A stretch of 64,000 nt of DNA from Fistulifera solaris (GCA_030295235.1 AP026133.1:682001-746000); one strand, 5' to 3'; positions 1 to 14,467 are shown, counted from the first letter of the stretch. The notes: a model not told the origin generated them from the sequence alone. Numbers and translations: made by a program.

Positions 1-117
1 TTAAGCAATACAATAGGTTGTAAAAGTTTTTCGACAGCTACCACGCCCGGGACTATTCTTTAGCGTGAAAACTTTGATAAACAACAAAAATTTTGGCAAC
101 AACAGGTCTATATTTAC

Positions 118-1555
<1,438 letters not shown>

Positions 1556-1901
1556 GATTCTCACAAACAATACAGTTCGTTCTATTGAAGTAGAATGAAG
1601 CGAGCGTTCGATGACGGCGGTTCTTGCCGATCGACTCTTCGTGTTTTCGCTTTGCCGTGCGAGTGTCGCCGCCGCCGCGAGGAAAACGCCAAGCAAGTTC
1701 AAAAATCGGGTTCCTTTTGCTGCGGCATCTTTGCAATCTCCTGCTTCAACGCGCGTCGCGCGATTGAGTGCGCGGCATGAGAGGACATTGTCTCGTGACT
1801 GGATTTGAGTCTTGTTCATAAAGAAGCATCAATTCTTTACTTACTACTATTTTACATGAAAAACATGTTTGTCCAAAATCTCTGTAACGACAAAGCATTC
1901 C

Positions 1902-2672
1902 ATGTTTCCAAGTTCAAACAATAGCTCTCTGAATCCAATGGATTCACAGGAAGTTGATGAAGGGGCAGATGAACTGAAAAACCTGCAAAGAGCAAACAAA
2001 GATCGATGGGAGCATCTCCAAGACCTTCATCAGCAGTACTTGCAACTCTCGTCATCTCAGGCCCCTTCTGCCTCCATTGCGGCTTTCATACAGGCCGAAC
2101 GGGACGTTATATCCGTACATGGCACTGCGAATCACGAATGTGACGAACTAGTGGATGAACTAGAAGGCAAACGCTCGGGTACGGATCGTTTGGGGGCAGA
2201 ACTGGTCGAAAGGTGCAATCAACTTCACGAACTGAACCTTTTGTTTCAAGAAAAAATTCAATTTCAAACGGAATTTGTCGAAAAAATCGAGTATTTGATT
2301 CAAGAGCAGCAGATGATGCGACGCAAGTTAAAGCAGTTTGAAGCTGAATTGGACCGCGAAGCCGAGCAGACAGAAAATACAATGGTTGACCAACAAGAAA
2401 ATGAACGCCTCCGCGGTGATCTAGTGTACTTGGCAAGTCTCGTAACTCCAACCGTAAATACAAGTTATGGTCAAGAATCATGCCACATGAATCAATTATT
2501 AATCCAATTATTGGACAGATACATGGCTTCTCCAGTTGATCCTTATCTATCATGTCGTGAGTTGAATGTGGACATCAAGCATGTGGAGATATTGAAGAAT
2601 AGTTGGATGATTGATACATTTGACCACGATAATGACATGATTCGATTGACGGACTATTTGCAAGAGAATTGA
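1902..2672 (+). CDS. Coiled-coil protein, CENP-K-like centromere protein
   Basis: About 256 aa with a long coiled coil. The C-terminus LLIQLLDRYMASPVDPYL...HVEILKNSWMI...DMIRLTDY resembles the CENP-K C-terminal pattern (DPY...VELL...IRL) as I recall it. Confidence 0.55.
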   Translation: MFPSSNNSSLNPMDSQEVDEGADELKNLQRANKDRWEHLQDLHQQYLQLSSSQAPSASIAAFIQAERDVISVHGTANHECDELVDELEGKRSGTDRLGAELVERCNQLHELNLLFQEKIQFQTEFVEKIEYLIQEQQMMRRKLKQFEAELDREAEQTENTMVDQQENERLRGDLVYLASLVTPTVNTSYGQESCHMNQLLIQLLDRYMASPVDPYLSCRELNVDIKHVEILKNSWMIDTFDHDNDMIRLTDYLQEN

Positions 2673-2683
2673 TAGCTTCGAGC

Positions 2684-5611
2684 TTAGAATAATGCATTAC
2701 GTTCAAAGGAAGAGATCATTGCCTGATTCGTTGCTTCAATCCGAGACACTTCAAGAGTATTGGAGAGCCTTATTTGAGCGTCTTTCAACAGCTCTGTCAA
2801 TTCGTTCAACCTACGCAGCTGTGAAGCCACACATTCGTACTCACGTCCTTGTAGCGTCTGTGTTGTCAGGCGAAGCTCTTCCTCGGCCGCTTCTTTTTCA
2901 TTGGCCAGAAAAACGCGTCCCGTTTCCGCGTCGGAATCCATCAGCTTCTCCAATCGTCGCTTCTGGGCACGATTTCTCCGGCTTTGAACAATACCAATAC
3001 AGCGCGGACACAGAAGGTCATCACCGGGTTCAGGATCTTTCATGGTATACTTTTTCCGAGCACAGCTCCAATGATATGTGTTCGGACAAAATGAACACTT
3101 GTACAAAGGCTCCTGTGTATCTCCAGCTCTCTTCAAACAAGTGGAACATTTCGATGATCTCTTTAGGTCGTCGGGTTGGCGTGTTATGCTAGGGTATCGG
3201 CCAGAACTCAATTCTTCTACAAGTATGCGTAAGTCAATGAAAGGTGGCAAAGGTCTTTGGGGTAGGGACGACAATGTCAGTGTAGGTTGCCGCTCGGGCA
3301 CCTTATTGACCTTGCGCTTTTTCGGTACTTTCTTTTTCGTGATAAAAACCTTTGCTTTCGCAACACAAGGAACTGGTTTCTTCTTCTTCTTCTTCTTTGG
3401 CGCTAATTGTCGAGCTTTGAAGTTGAGCGCCTTGAACACGCTCGGATACATGGATCCAAGAAACTTTGACTGCTCGTTTTGAATTTGCCATTGGAGCTCC
3501 TGCATCGTTGTATCAGGGTGCACAAATTCTTTTTGTGAGGGTTTGCTCGTTTGAGCAATTGCTTTCTTTGAGTCTCTAGCTCGTCCTGTTGTTTGGTGTA
3601 GGCTTCCATCGTCATCGCTCCAGTCTCGCCGCGTGTTTCGATCACAAGGTTAGTTGATGGCTTGTAGGACCGAGGGGCTCCTGGTGGTCGAAACGCACTC
3701 ACTGTAACGGGCTGGTGAGATCGCGGAAGGAGTTTAAAGCCCAAACTGATCAATACTTGTGGATACAAGGGAAAATCCGTTACTTTGTGTTTCGGCACAA
3801 TCGCAACTCGAAGTGGTGGGGGTTTACTGTTACGACGAGCAAGTTCCCGTTGCGCGCGTTCTTCGATTGCAGCAAGCTGAGTTTCAATTGATGTCTTCTT
3901 CTTCTCGTTGTTGGTTACACAAACCTTAGCACGACAGTGATACTTGTATCCCACAATAGAAAGAAAGCCCAGCCCGCAGTCTTCGCATTGGTATTCTTCC
4001 AGTCCGTCAGAAAACGGAGTTGTGAGCTCATGACGTCGGATGTACAAACGCATTTCGGCTGCGTCTGTAAAAGTTGTCTGGTTTAAAGTGGAACCGTCAT
4101 CATTTATAACTACTTGCCGATTCTGAACAAGCTTGCAAACAACAATTCTCTGTGGGTATGAGTCAGCAGGGGCGGCGGGGTCTGCTTGAAATTTTCGGAA
4201 AGACGGTGCGACCGGTGGTAGAATCTTTGATTTTTCTTGATCATAGATGTTTGCAATGTTCGTGGCGTTATCCGATCTGCTCTCGTAAAGAGAACTAAAC
4301 TGGCGGCGTCTTGCTAGAGAATTCACTCCAGCTCTTGCTGTCCGCTCTTCAAAATATTGCCGGTATTGCACTTTGTATTTTGACCACTTTCTGTTAAGCT
4401 GAGCCAAGTCCGAAGGAATACTACCAGTTGGAGTAGCCCTGTCATCTGAAATAACTTCGACAACGCCAAAAGATGTCAAAAACCGACTCCCCGCGGGTGC
4501 TACGTCAAACGGCTTGTCGCTTTGAAACTTCTTAGTATGGCAAACCTTTTTCTCTGATACAAGAAGAGAATTGTAGGATGAGGAATTTTGTCAAAGAGCA
4601 CATGACGGTTTATTCGATTACGTGAACACTCACTTTCATGGTACTGATATCCAAGGACACTCGAGAATATAACTCCACAATCAGGGCATGTGCGATCTTT
4701 TTCAGCGCCACGGAATTTCTTGTACTTTATTTTCCTTTCCGAATTTTCATCTAGTTTTCGTCTGCCTTTTGAATAGGACCATCGGGTCGCTCCGTTGGCC
4801 GACAAACAAAATTTTGCTCGTGGTATTCCAGCGCTCTCGTCGATTTGAACGATTTGTTGCAGTGAGGACAATTGCTGACTTCCTCCTTCTTTTGTCGTTT
4901 GCGAGAACCTTTCGATGCGCCACGGGCTCGAAAGTCTTCATCCTGATCATCGTCGTACTCACTTTCCGTGTCGTCCTCTGTAGGGGCTACTTTCGCTTGT
5001 CGACTGGCGATTGCCGGGCTAGCTTCGTCATCAGCATCCTCCTCCGACTCGGTCGCCGGTGGCGACGCTATTGAAGGGTCCGATTCTCTAACACGCTTTT
5101 TGTTGGTGCCTTTCGATCTGCCCTTTGACGTTTGTCGTTTCGCGGCCGGCTTGACTGCATCCTCGTCGTCTTTGAGAGAATCATCATCGGGCTTTCCAGT
5201 AGATGCGGTGTCCTCGGGACTTTCCGGTCGTTCTTCTGGTCGACAAACGTATTTATTCACATGATAGTTGAGTCCGTAAAGACTTGTGAATACCGTACCG
5301 CAATGGGGGCATGTTTTTTGTTCCGTGGTCGCCTTCTTTCCTCGCTTCTGCTTGAGTTTTGGTATTTGCCGAGGCGAGCTCGGAATTTTCTCCGCTGCAC
5401 TCTCCTTTTTTTCCGCCTGATACTGAGGTCGACAAACCGAATGCTCCATATGATACGTCAATCCGTACTGACTAGTAAACTCACGTCCACAGTGAATGCA
5501 GGTGAGATCCGCAGATCTTTTGTTGGCTGCCGGCAAGGAGAGCTCTTCCTCCTCTGTTTCATCTGGGTCTTCGTCCTTGCTAGCACGACCGGGTTTCCTG
5601 GTTTCCGGCAT
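2684..5611 (-). CDS. Multi-C2H2/C2HC zinc finger protein with C-terminal PHD finger
   Basis: Repeated CxxC...F.S..GL.YH....VC fingers (CIHC, CPHC x2, CPDC, CEDC) and a PHD finger CSTC...CSFCPNTYHWSC...CPRC. Intron at about 4554-4633; several frame breaks. Confidence 0.85.
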
Positions 5612-6309
5612 TCTTGTGCGAATTACAAATTGATTGTATGATAATCGCAATTGTAATGGGATTGATTAGCTGGTTGCTGCCACAAATAATGAGTTGGCCA
5701 CAGATGCTGCTTCACAATCGTTTTGTGTTATCTGCGATGCCTCGTACAAAAGTTCGGATGAGAAATCCAGGTAGTGCGCTACACGCAGCGCGTGTCCCGG
5801 GAAGAGTTTGCGCTCTTTTAGTCGCGAGTCACATAGTCTTTCATTTAGCAAAACGTCTTCCAACAAGCAAAATATCGTCGACTTTACGGAAGATAGCTAT
5901 TCAATACAAAGAGATACACGCGTACCAGGTGATTTCTATCAGTCGCTTTAATATATGTTCTCGGGCTTTCTAAATGAATAATGAGGGGTAAATGTCAGCT
6001 CTAATTGATCACTTATCAAACATTCTAAATTCTAAACGATACTATTTGTCTGACGTCAATTGCGATATCGCTCTGAAGTGACTCTATTATGTTTGAATCA
6101 AACGAAGGTCGGTGGTAACTCTATGACACACCTCTGAGGAGCACTGGAGAGAAGTTGTCAGGCCATTGTGGGCCATGGAATCTCGTGAGGGTGTTGAGTT
6201 TCACGCCAACTAAAAACTGATTAGTATTGTTTGTGATGCGATTGACAGAGAGTGGGCCAAAATGCGTGGGAAAAGCGCATTCGAAAGCAGGGGCGCGCGA
6301 CAGAAGCGC

Positions 6310-9070
6310 TCAGATCAGATCAAAATCATCGTGCATAAACTGCAAAACATCGGTAAACACCGCGGCGAGAATATCATAGTTCCTGTTTTGATTTAAAGGC
6401 GATTGAGGATGTGTTCTTGTAATCAAGTTATGTTTGCACGAAACGTTCGTACCTCGTAGTTTCTTTGTGTTCCACGCCAATCGCTTCGATAACTGAGGTA
6501 GTGTATTCAATGCCCGTCGTCCTGCTTGTACCGTTGCTAAAGTACCGTATCATCTCTGGTTTATATTTCGTTCCATGTGGATGACTTGTACCCGTGTCGC
6601 TCAAATCCTTTTGGGCTTCGTCGTTAACTAATTCTGTTTCTAGGCCTTCTTTCCATTCGATCGCACCCTTGGGACGTCGGCTGATCCGGATAAGATCCAG
6701 CGGATTTGACCCGAAATCTTCACCTGAGTGCTTCAATGCCCTCACCGAATGTAACAACCAAGTTTGCGCCCACGCTAACGATAAATATGGAACCGAACCA
6801 TCCCCGCTATGCGTCTGGTGACCCTCCTTCAAAAATCGTTTCGTAGGCTTCTTTTTTAGCAGGAGAAATCCGCCTTCTTGGACCCTTTCCTCCTCAATCC
6901 GGCCTCCTTCTGTTTCCCAGTAAACAGTTTCTAAATTTGGGATTTCGTTGCTCGATGACTTTCTCTCTTCATTTCTTTTGCGATATGCGTAACCGACTTC
7001 AGTTGGTATGTCAACACCGTAGGCCATAATCACGTGTTTAATCAATGGACGCTCCCAAGTACGATTCAGCATGTTCTTTACGTTGTCTCTCCAAAACGAA
7101 TCTTTCAGTTGGTTTCTTTTCACAAGTAACGGTTTATCAGGTTCGTTCCAAATTTCATTGAATATTTCAAAGACTCGCCCTTTTCCGGCAAAATATATTG
7201 AATGAACAATCATAAGTGGCTGAATGCCTTCAAATAAGAACTGAACAAATCTCTCCTACGACTTACCGGACTGCACGTCTCGTGGACCAACATGCAGTGT
7301 TCTATTAACGGCACACGGTGACTTTTCTTTCGCAGTGCAATTTTCTTCGACAATTTGTATCATAGGAATATCCGAGTCCCAATCAGAGCGCTTGTATAAG
7401 AGATTTTTTAAAGTTAGGAAGTTCGCCCAAGGGTCGCCGATGTCTTTGTTCTCTTTCGACTCGATTTCCAAAACAATATCGTCCAGACATGCCAGTCTAA
7501 CATCAACGTGCTTCCGCTCCATCTTTTTCTCGTCCCATTTCTCAAAGTCCCAGCTATCACAGAATCCCATCTTCGTTGAGACCGGGTTCAGAGTATGAGT
7601 CGATCCGAACGACAATTCCATGTGCCGAGCTGCTTCGTCCGTTAGTGGCATCCCCATGTTCTCACCTGAGATGACGGCTCGAGAGGATTTGCTGCTCCCA
7701 AGAGTGGAGCAGCTAAGCCAACATAAGTCCATATATGTTTTTCGATCCATTCGTGCCATAGCGCATCGCCTTCGATTTTGGCAAGTTCTCGCAGCTGTAA
7801 ACTTCTATCTTTCTCGTCTGGTTTCTCGTCACTCTCTGCATCGGTGGCTTGAGGCTCTGAATACAGCCATCCTGACATTGTACTAAGATAGCTGGTACTT
7901 GCAGAGTTAGTTTTTGTCTGTTTGAGCCTGTCTTGTCGCGCTCTTTTCTCTTTTTGCTGCTCGCTTCTGGAATCCCTCGAAGGCCTCTTGTCGAAATTCG
8001 GCTCGCAACCACTCCAAAAAGTATTGGAAAACGAGGTTCCCCATGCTGTGCGCAACAACTATACCGGGCAGCTGACTGGTACTGACAGACGCTTCCAGTT
8101 TTCTTCTCATATTCGCCAAGTATCCATCTCGCTCTTGCATCTTGGATGGTGTCAGCCGCCAATCGTATGGCAGTCCTATGAGATTACTCACGTCGTACCC
8201 CAAATGTTCTGCGAGCCACTGAATCAACCACGCATAGACAGTATTCGTTCCTCCCATGAGCATTTCACTGCTGAAACCGTCGGGACTAAGACTGGATATG
8301 GCATCGAGCCCTTCGTCCGGACGCAACTTGCAACCCCCGTTATCATTGGCGTCACTTTGATTGACGCCTAAAGCAATACACTCTTTCATGCAGCTGACGT
8401 CCAGGGTACTAGCTTGGACCAAGATTTGCAAATTCAACCACACATTGTCCTGAATTTTGATATCACTCAGGATACCGGGGCATGCTTTAAATTTCCAGGC
8501 AATGAGGCGCGTCGCTGCCAGTCCGGGTATCAAAAAGATAGGAGGCCGTGTTGTATTGTGCTCGCCAGCTAAACCACTTCCACTTCGACGAAGTTTGTCA
8601 CGCATTCTTAAAATGTTCGGATTTCTTCCCCAATGTTTATCAACGGGTGGATTTGCCGTACATATCTCTTCGACATCGGTTTGAAAGTCCGTGGAGCAAG
8701 TTTCCTCGGTATCTCCTAGCTCTAGGGAAGTGACGGGGGGTGTATAGCAATTTTGATCTTCGCAGTCTGGATCAGCTTGAATTGGATCTAGAAAGGAGTC
8801 TTCAAAGGCATCCAGCGAGAGCTTGTCGGTCACGAAATCGGAAAGAAGTGTTTCGGTCAGATGTGTTTTTGCAACGCTGATATCATCATCGGAACACACA
8901 ATATGGAGAAGTAGGAAGAGCACAATGTAACGACAAGAGAGAATCGTCGTCGCGGTCCTGCTCTGAACAAAGGGCATGTTTCTAGACGATGAAGAGTACG
9001 ATCTCTTGCAAGACATCCCATAGATTTGTCTTCGATCTTCACGTCGTTCAGTCTCACAAACGTATCTCAT
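6310..9070 (-). CDS. LCAT/PDAT-family acyltransferase (phospholipid:diacylglycerol or sterol acyltransferase-like)
   Basis: Motifs PIFLIPG, GCKLRPDEGLDAI, GLPYDWRL, the lipase box VAHSMG, YVGLAAPLLGA, AYGVDIPTE and GDGSVPYLSL. Introns near 7220-7266 and 6383-6451; frame breaks; start codon uncertain. Confidence 0.88.
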
Positions 9071-9515
9071 TACTGTGCGCCCACACTCTATTCACGGTCT
9101 CCGATCAAATGTTCTTGATTGTTTCAGTTGCAATCTAGCAGGGGTAAGCATTGTTTGCTATGGTAGTACGCGATACCCGGTATTCTCATAAAGGATCTAA
9201 TAAACATAAGATTCAAGAGAGATGCAAGATCATCGGTCACCAATCAAGGCTCAAGTCACTGCGATGACGTTGGTGCAGCCAAAAATGCGTCTTTGCACGC
9301 TATAGATTTTGGCTCTATTTTGGAGGATGGAGGACAGACACCTACTACTACTAGAGAGGGTGGAGATTTTGGTATTGAGGGACCTCTATGCCCTCTATGC
9401 TAAAAACATCCACCCACTGTTATTTAGAGAAACGCTCCTTTTTGGAGTTATATACGAAACGTGATTCACACCAAAAAATCTCTCGCCTGTCGCACGGATT
9501 TCGTGCGCTACCAGT

Positions 9516-9541
9516 ACCTGGTACCGGTACCGGTACCAGGT
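9516..9541. repeat. Perfect 26-bp palindrome ACCTGGTACCGGT|ACCGGTACCAGGT
   Basis: Read directly from the sequence; it is part of a TA-C..G-TA ladder in intergenic DNA. Confidence 0.95.
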
Positions 9542-9949
9542 TTTGCTGCAATTTGAATGGTCGTTTGGCTCTCTCGATCTTATTCTGCGACTAAATAATT
9601 TCAACAGCAGCGAGTAGCCTATCTGCGTATCCATTGGCTAGAGACTCTTGAAGCTGTATTTCCCATGTTACGATGCGGTCGGCCAATTCTAGTCGCGAAG
9701 TTCGAGAAAGTCCAAAACACCGTCGTTTGACTAAAGCCGACAAATACGTGAACTGGAAGAGTTGAGACAACGAGGAGTAACGACATTACTCAATCGGCGT
9801 TTCCGTTGGTACTGCTCAAAAGGATTTGGAGGGACGAAAAGCTCAAGCTTCTTTATCTGCGCGACAGAAGAACTCTGTCGAAGTATCGCCTATTGTGTTT
9901 GAAGGTCAATAAATGGCAGAAAGAAACGCGTCGGAAAGAACGTAAGACT

Positions 9950-10033
9950 GTTCTTATGTATCAGCGCTACGTTGATACCTTTGGAAAGGCCGTTCTTATG
10001 TATCAGCGCTACGTTGATACCTTTGGAAAGGCC
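9950..10033 (+). repeat. Perfect 42-bp tandem duplication
   Basis: GTTCTTATGTATCAGCGCTACGTTGATACCTTTGGAAAGGCC occurs at 9950-9991 and 9992-10033. Confidence 0.95.
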
Positions 10034-11062
10034 AGGACGTCAAACCAAACACTCGCAAAATCCATTCGGAAAACGAGACCAAAGAGGTGCTTTTGCAGTC
10101 CGCTTCTCTCAGTCATGTATTAGACGAGAATGGATGTTCGAATCTTCCTTTCATTCAGGAAGCGACCGCAAAATGTATCCAACAACCGACAGATTCATCG
10201 ATTGAAGGCGAACCCGACAAGAAATCTGAGAGCTTCTGAAGTTATGTAAACAGCCCGCACAATCACTCGCCGACTAACGTTTCTGATTTGATCGAGCACC
10301 AGGATCTTCTCAACAACAAAGACGACTTATCCCTCTGCTCAGGTCTAACATTGAGCTCAGAACAAGCTCAAAACTAGAGCATAGAAGGGTAACGTCTATA
10401 GAAGATATGAGAGGAGTGTCATGGTCTGGAAGTATTTGTTTTTGCGAGCCGAAAATAACAATATGGCACCGTTGACTTTTCAAGGACATCATTCAACGAA
10501 TGAAACCTAGCTGAGTTCATCTTACCATAGATTAGTGTAAAAAAATTTGAAAAGCGCAGGTTTCTATCAGTCTTTATTATCTTTCCTACCATACTTAAAA
10601 TGGGAAACGAGAGCATCGAAGTCAGTCCTGAGTCCTGAGTCCAAAGGGAGACTATTAACCTCATCCTTCTAAGGTTCGAGGTCATTGCAAATTACAAATA
10701 CTTTTAAAACGGACGTCATCCAACAAAATTTGGCGCACCTTGACCCGACTGATTGTATACAGCTTTGAAGAAAAGTCAATGATGAAATTCATTTGAAATT
10801 TGTCGCCGCGACCCGTTGAGAAGAATAAAGTAACATCGCGTGTGCGCGATGAGTTTTTACTATAGATATTAGAGTTAAGGAAATGGGCATTTAACGGTAG
10901 ACATTGGATCATTTTTTGCACCTCAACCCCTCCGACTTCCGCCGACCCAACGACTTCTTCATTCGACGAAACTTTTTGTTCACAAATTCTCGTTTCAAAT
11001 CTTGAACCGTTCTGGTGAATTACTAAATATCGCACTTCAAGACAACCAAAACCTTTGCTAAT

Positions 11063-11908
11063 ATGTTAAAACAAATCGTATTCGTTCAAATGCTGTTGAT
11101 CCTTTCCATGGGTTTGTCAGCTGGACAGAGGGCAGAAAATACCATTCGAGGAGCACTTTCGCAAGAACAAAACCAACGTGCCCTCAGCCGTCATGATGAC
11201 GATGGCTACTATACAGATGACTACTACTACGGTAAGTTTACCTCCCATCGCAAAGATTAGTTTAGCGCCAGAACAGATCACTCACGATGTATTATGTTTG
11301 CTCGCCTTTCAAAAGGAGGCAAGGGTAAAGGAAAGGGCAAGGGTAAAGGAAAGGGCAAGGGCGGAAAGAAGGGGAAGAAGAGCAAGAAATCCTCAGGTGA
11401 CTACGATGATGATTACCATCCCGAGAGTGGCGGTTGCGAGTTGACCGTGATGAACGAGACTTTCTCGATTCCACGTGCCTTGAGTTATGTTGCACCTGAT
11501 ACTACATCGCCAGAAAATATGGGTGACCCCGTACTGGCAGGAACTGTATTCTTGTGGAGAAACCAGCAAGTTTTCGAGGCAGACGGCGTTATCCCCATCT
11601 CAGGCACAACTGTCAGTGGAACTTGTACACGAACAAACCAAGATGGAGAAGAAGGTATGGGATCCTGCCAGTTCGTCTTTGTCGATGACGACGACTACAC
11701 CATCACTGTAGACGGCTTACTGTCAGGTCCATCCGGAAGCAGTCTTGGTATCACCGGCGGAACCGGCAGTATGGCGGGGGCCGTAGGTGAAATGGAGTTC
11801 TTCTCTGTACATGAGGAAGACGACGATGCTTCTGGTGACATATTTATCAACGTCACACGATACGAGATCGAAGCTTCATTGGGTTTGATCAAATGTCCAA
11901 CCCATTAA
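11063..11908 (+). CDS. Secreted Tyr/Asp- and Gly-Lys-rich protein with dirigent/allene-oxide-cyclase-like beta domain (copy 1)
   Basis: Signal peptide, RAL site, DDDGYYTDDYYY, (KG)n, and a C-terminal domain with SGTCTRT...CQFVF...LGITGGTG. Intron 11232-11315. Confidence 0.8.
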
Positions 11909-12400
11909 TCGCTTCGTTGCTGTCCATTTCCCCGTTTTGTTCTAGTAGATTAATTGAGTAAAAATCTTGACAATGTCAGTCTAATCATTTCAATTCTCTG
12001 CCTTGTCTTGTCAATTTTAACTTACGGAAAGCCGACCGCCCTAATAATGATGAACAATGTTGTTGTGGGCCAATTCCAGACATCTAACAAAAGAAATTGT
12101 GCTGCTTTCGTCTCTGTTGCTGTTGTGGATGATTTTTGTGTATTAAAAGATATTTTATAGCTGCCCTAACCTGTACTTAGATTCCCTCATCTTGCACTAT
12201 AATGCTGTCTTAAGTTAGGTTTTACATGATGTGACTCAATCGATTTGCAGTCCCGGAAAAATTTCGATGCGACGATTGATTAGTTGCGGCTTGCGGTAGC
12301 TTTGGACGACCAAGAGCAGTGTTGTATGAAATGAAGCAAATCATGCTCGAGTAATAGGCCCTTCGATACAGGAACCAGTTCAACAAGCCTCGAAGCTGTA

Positions 12401-13027
12401 ATGATAGTGTTCAGTCGCAGGGACTTGTTCTTTTCCGCGTTGGTGTCTCGTTTGATCAAGTGCGACCGAGAAAATAAAGGTTTATCACTGGAAGGGTGCG
12501 CTGAAATCATCTGTCAAGAGACTCCAAAAGAGCTCTGCCAAGCAGTAAAAGAAACCAGGCGCGTACTTTATCGTGGTGAAGATGTGGAAAGGGCATGTAT
12601 TCTGACATTGGAGCCAGACTTATTAGATGAAAGCACTTACAACGACCCGAAGGCGCTTGCATACTTCCGTTGCATGGAAACCTTTTTAGATCAAAAACAA
12701 ACTTTCGCGAGACCGTCTACCGGCCACATTGCGACGTCATCCATTGAGGACGCCATTCCATGGGGGAATCCGGTTTCAATTTGGCCGTTAGGACGGCAAT
12801 GGAGCTACCTTTGGGCCAAAGATCGAAAGCTACTTTATCCTGGTTTTTGTGATCAGAACAACCACCTTGTGATAAACGAGGGCCTTTCTATGGCTTTGCA
12901 AATGGGAAAAGAAGTTCTTTTTTCAACGGCTGACGAAACGTCATTGAAGTCACGAGTCTTAGTTATTCCAAGGGACTTGACAACAGACCTCATGGCCCTG
13001 CTGCACGAGAAGCGCTACGGTTCGTAA
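12401..13027 (+). CDS. Hypothetical protein (LYRG...HIATSS...WG motifs)
   Basis: 208-aa ORF with globular composition, lying between the two inverted paralogs. Confidence 0.6.
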   Translation: MIVFSRRDLFFSALVSRLIKCDRENKGLSLEGCAEIICQETPKELCQAVKETRRVLYRGEDVERACILTLEPDLLDESTYNDPKALAYFRCMETFLDQKQTFARPSTGHIATSSIEDAIPWGNPVSIWPLGRQWSYLWAKDRKLLYPGFCDQNNHLVINEGLSMALQMGKEVLFSTADETSLKSRVLVIPRDLTTDLMALLHEKRYGS

Positions 13028-13167
13028 TTAACAGCGGTGCTGCCTCCCCACGGTGAAGACGATGTACAATTAGAATGTATCAATTCATTATGTATAATTA
13101 TGATTTGGGTTCTACTGCAACAATTCGGGCGACACGACACACCTGGGTCTCTTCATTAATGCGTTCA

Positions 13168-14132
13168 TTAATGCGTTGGACAAATGATCAGACCCAAGTC
13201 AGCTTCAATCTCGTACCGTGTTACGTTGATGAAAATGTCGCCAGCCGCATCGTCATCTTCCTCATGAACTGGGAAAAAATCCATTTGGCCCACAACACCT
13301 ACCATACCGCCAGTGCCTCCAGTGATACCAAGGCTGCTGCCGTAAGGTCCTGTCAATGCTCCATCGACAGTAATGGTGTAATCGTCATCATCAACAAAGA
13401 CGAACTGGCAGGACCCCATACTATTTTCCCCGTCTTGGTTCGTTCGCGTGCAAGTTCCGCTGACGGTTGTGCCTGCAATGGGAACCGAGCCGTCGGCTTC
13501 AAACACTTGCTGGTTTCTCCACAAGAATACAGTTCCTGCCAGTACGGGGTCACCCATGTTTTCTGGTGATGTAGTATCCGGTGCAACATAACTCAACGCA
13601 CGCGGAACAGAGAAGGTTTCGTTCATTACAACAAGCTTACAATCACCATCCGCGAAAAAGTTGTCATCAAAGAAATTGTCATCGAGAAAGTTGATGTCGC
13701 CCACGGAGGGATAAAGCTCGTTCCAATCCCCCTTTTCTTGGTAAGAGTAGTCGTGTGCATGGTGTTTACTTGACTTCTTGCCTTTCTTTCCTCCTTTACC
13801 TTTTCCCTTGCCTTTTCCTCCGCCATTTCCTTTGCCCTTTCCTTTTCCTTTTCCTTTTCCTCCTTCTACAATCGACGGGCATATGTAAGAAATCTTTGAC
13901 GACTTTAGCAAAAATGTATTCTCATTGTTGCGCACTCACCATAGTAGTAATCATCAGCATAGTCGTCTGTATAGCCGTCATCGTCGTAATACCCATCGTC
14001 GTCGCTTCTCAGAGCTCGATGCGGTGCTCCTTGTGAAACCGTCCCCCGGAGGCTGTTCTCGGTTCTTTGTCCGGCTACCGATTGGATCGATAAAAGCAAA
14101 AGCGCTTGAGCGAAGATGAGGTATTTTGTCAT
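13168..14132 (-). CDS. Secreted Tyr/Asp- and Gly-Lys-rich protein with dirigent-like domain (copy 2, inverted paralog)
   Basis: Same architecture as 11063-11908. Intron 13866-13939 is in the same position. The C-terminal domain is nearly identical (MNETFS.PRALSYVAPDTTSPENMGDPVLAGTVFLW...LI.CPTH). Confidence 0.85.
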
Positions 14133-14467
14133 GGTTATTTTCGTTCTATTTTAGTCGTACTTTCACACCGTCTTGGGTACGAAGTGAGTGAATTGTGCTA
14201 TGAATTCGTGGTCGGCCAATTTTGCTGCCAACGGCTCTGTTGCGATTTTGAATGAGAAAGTTTGAATTTTGTTGGCGTTCGTCCGTTTCGTTCTCACGTA
14301 AATGTCACAGAGGAGCAAAACATAAGCCCCGCCCCTGTTGTATAGCCCCAGAAGACTCTTTTTTCTCTCTCAACGCTTTCGGTACAATTCCGATGATCTA
14401 AAATTGCGTATCATCTTTCTGTGTAGGTTGGAGAGTGCATCCCACTTTTTCCTCACCACCTCCAATT

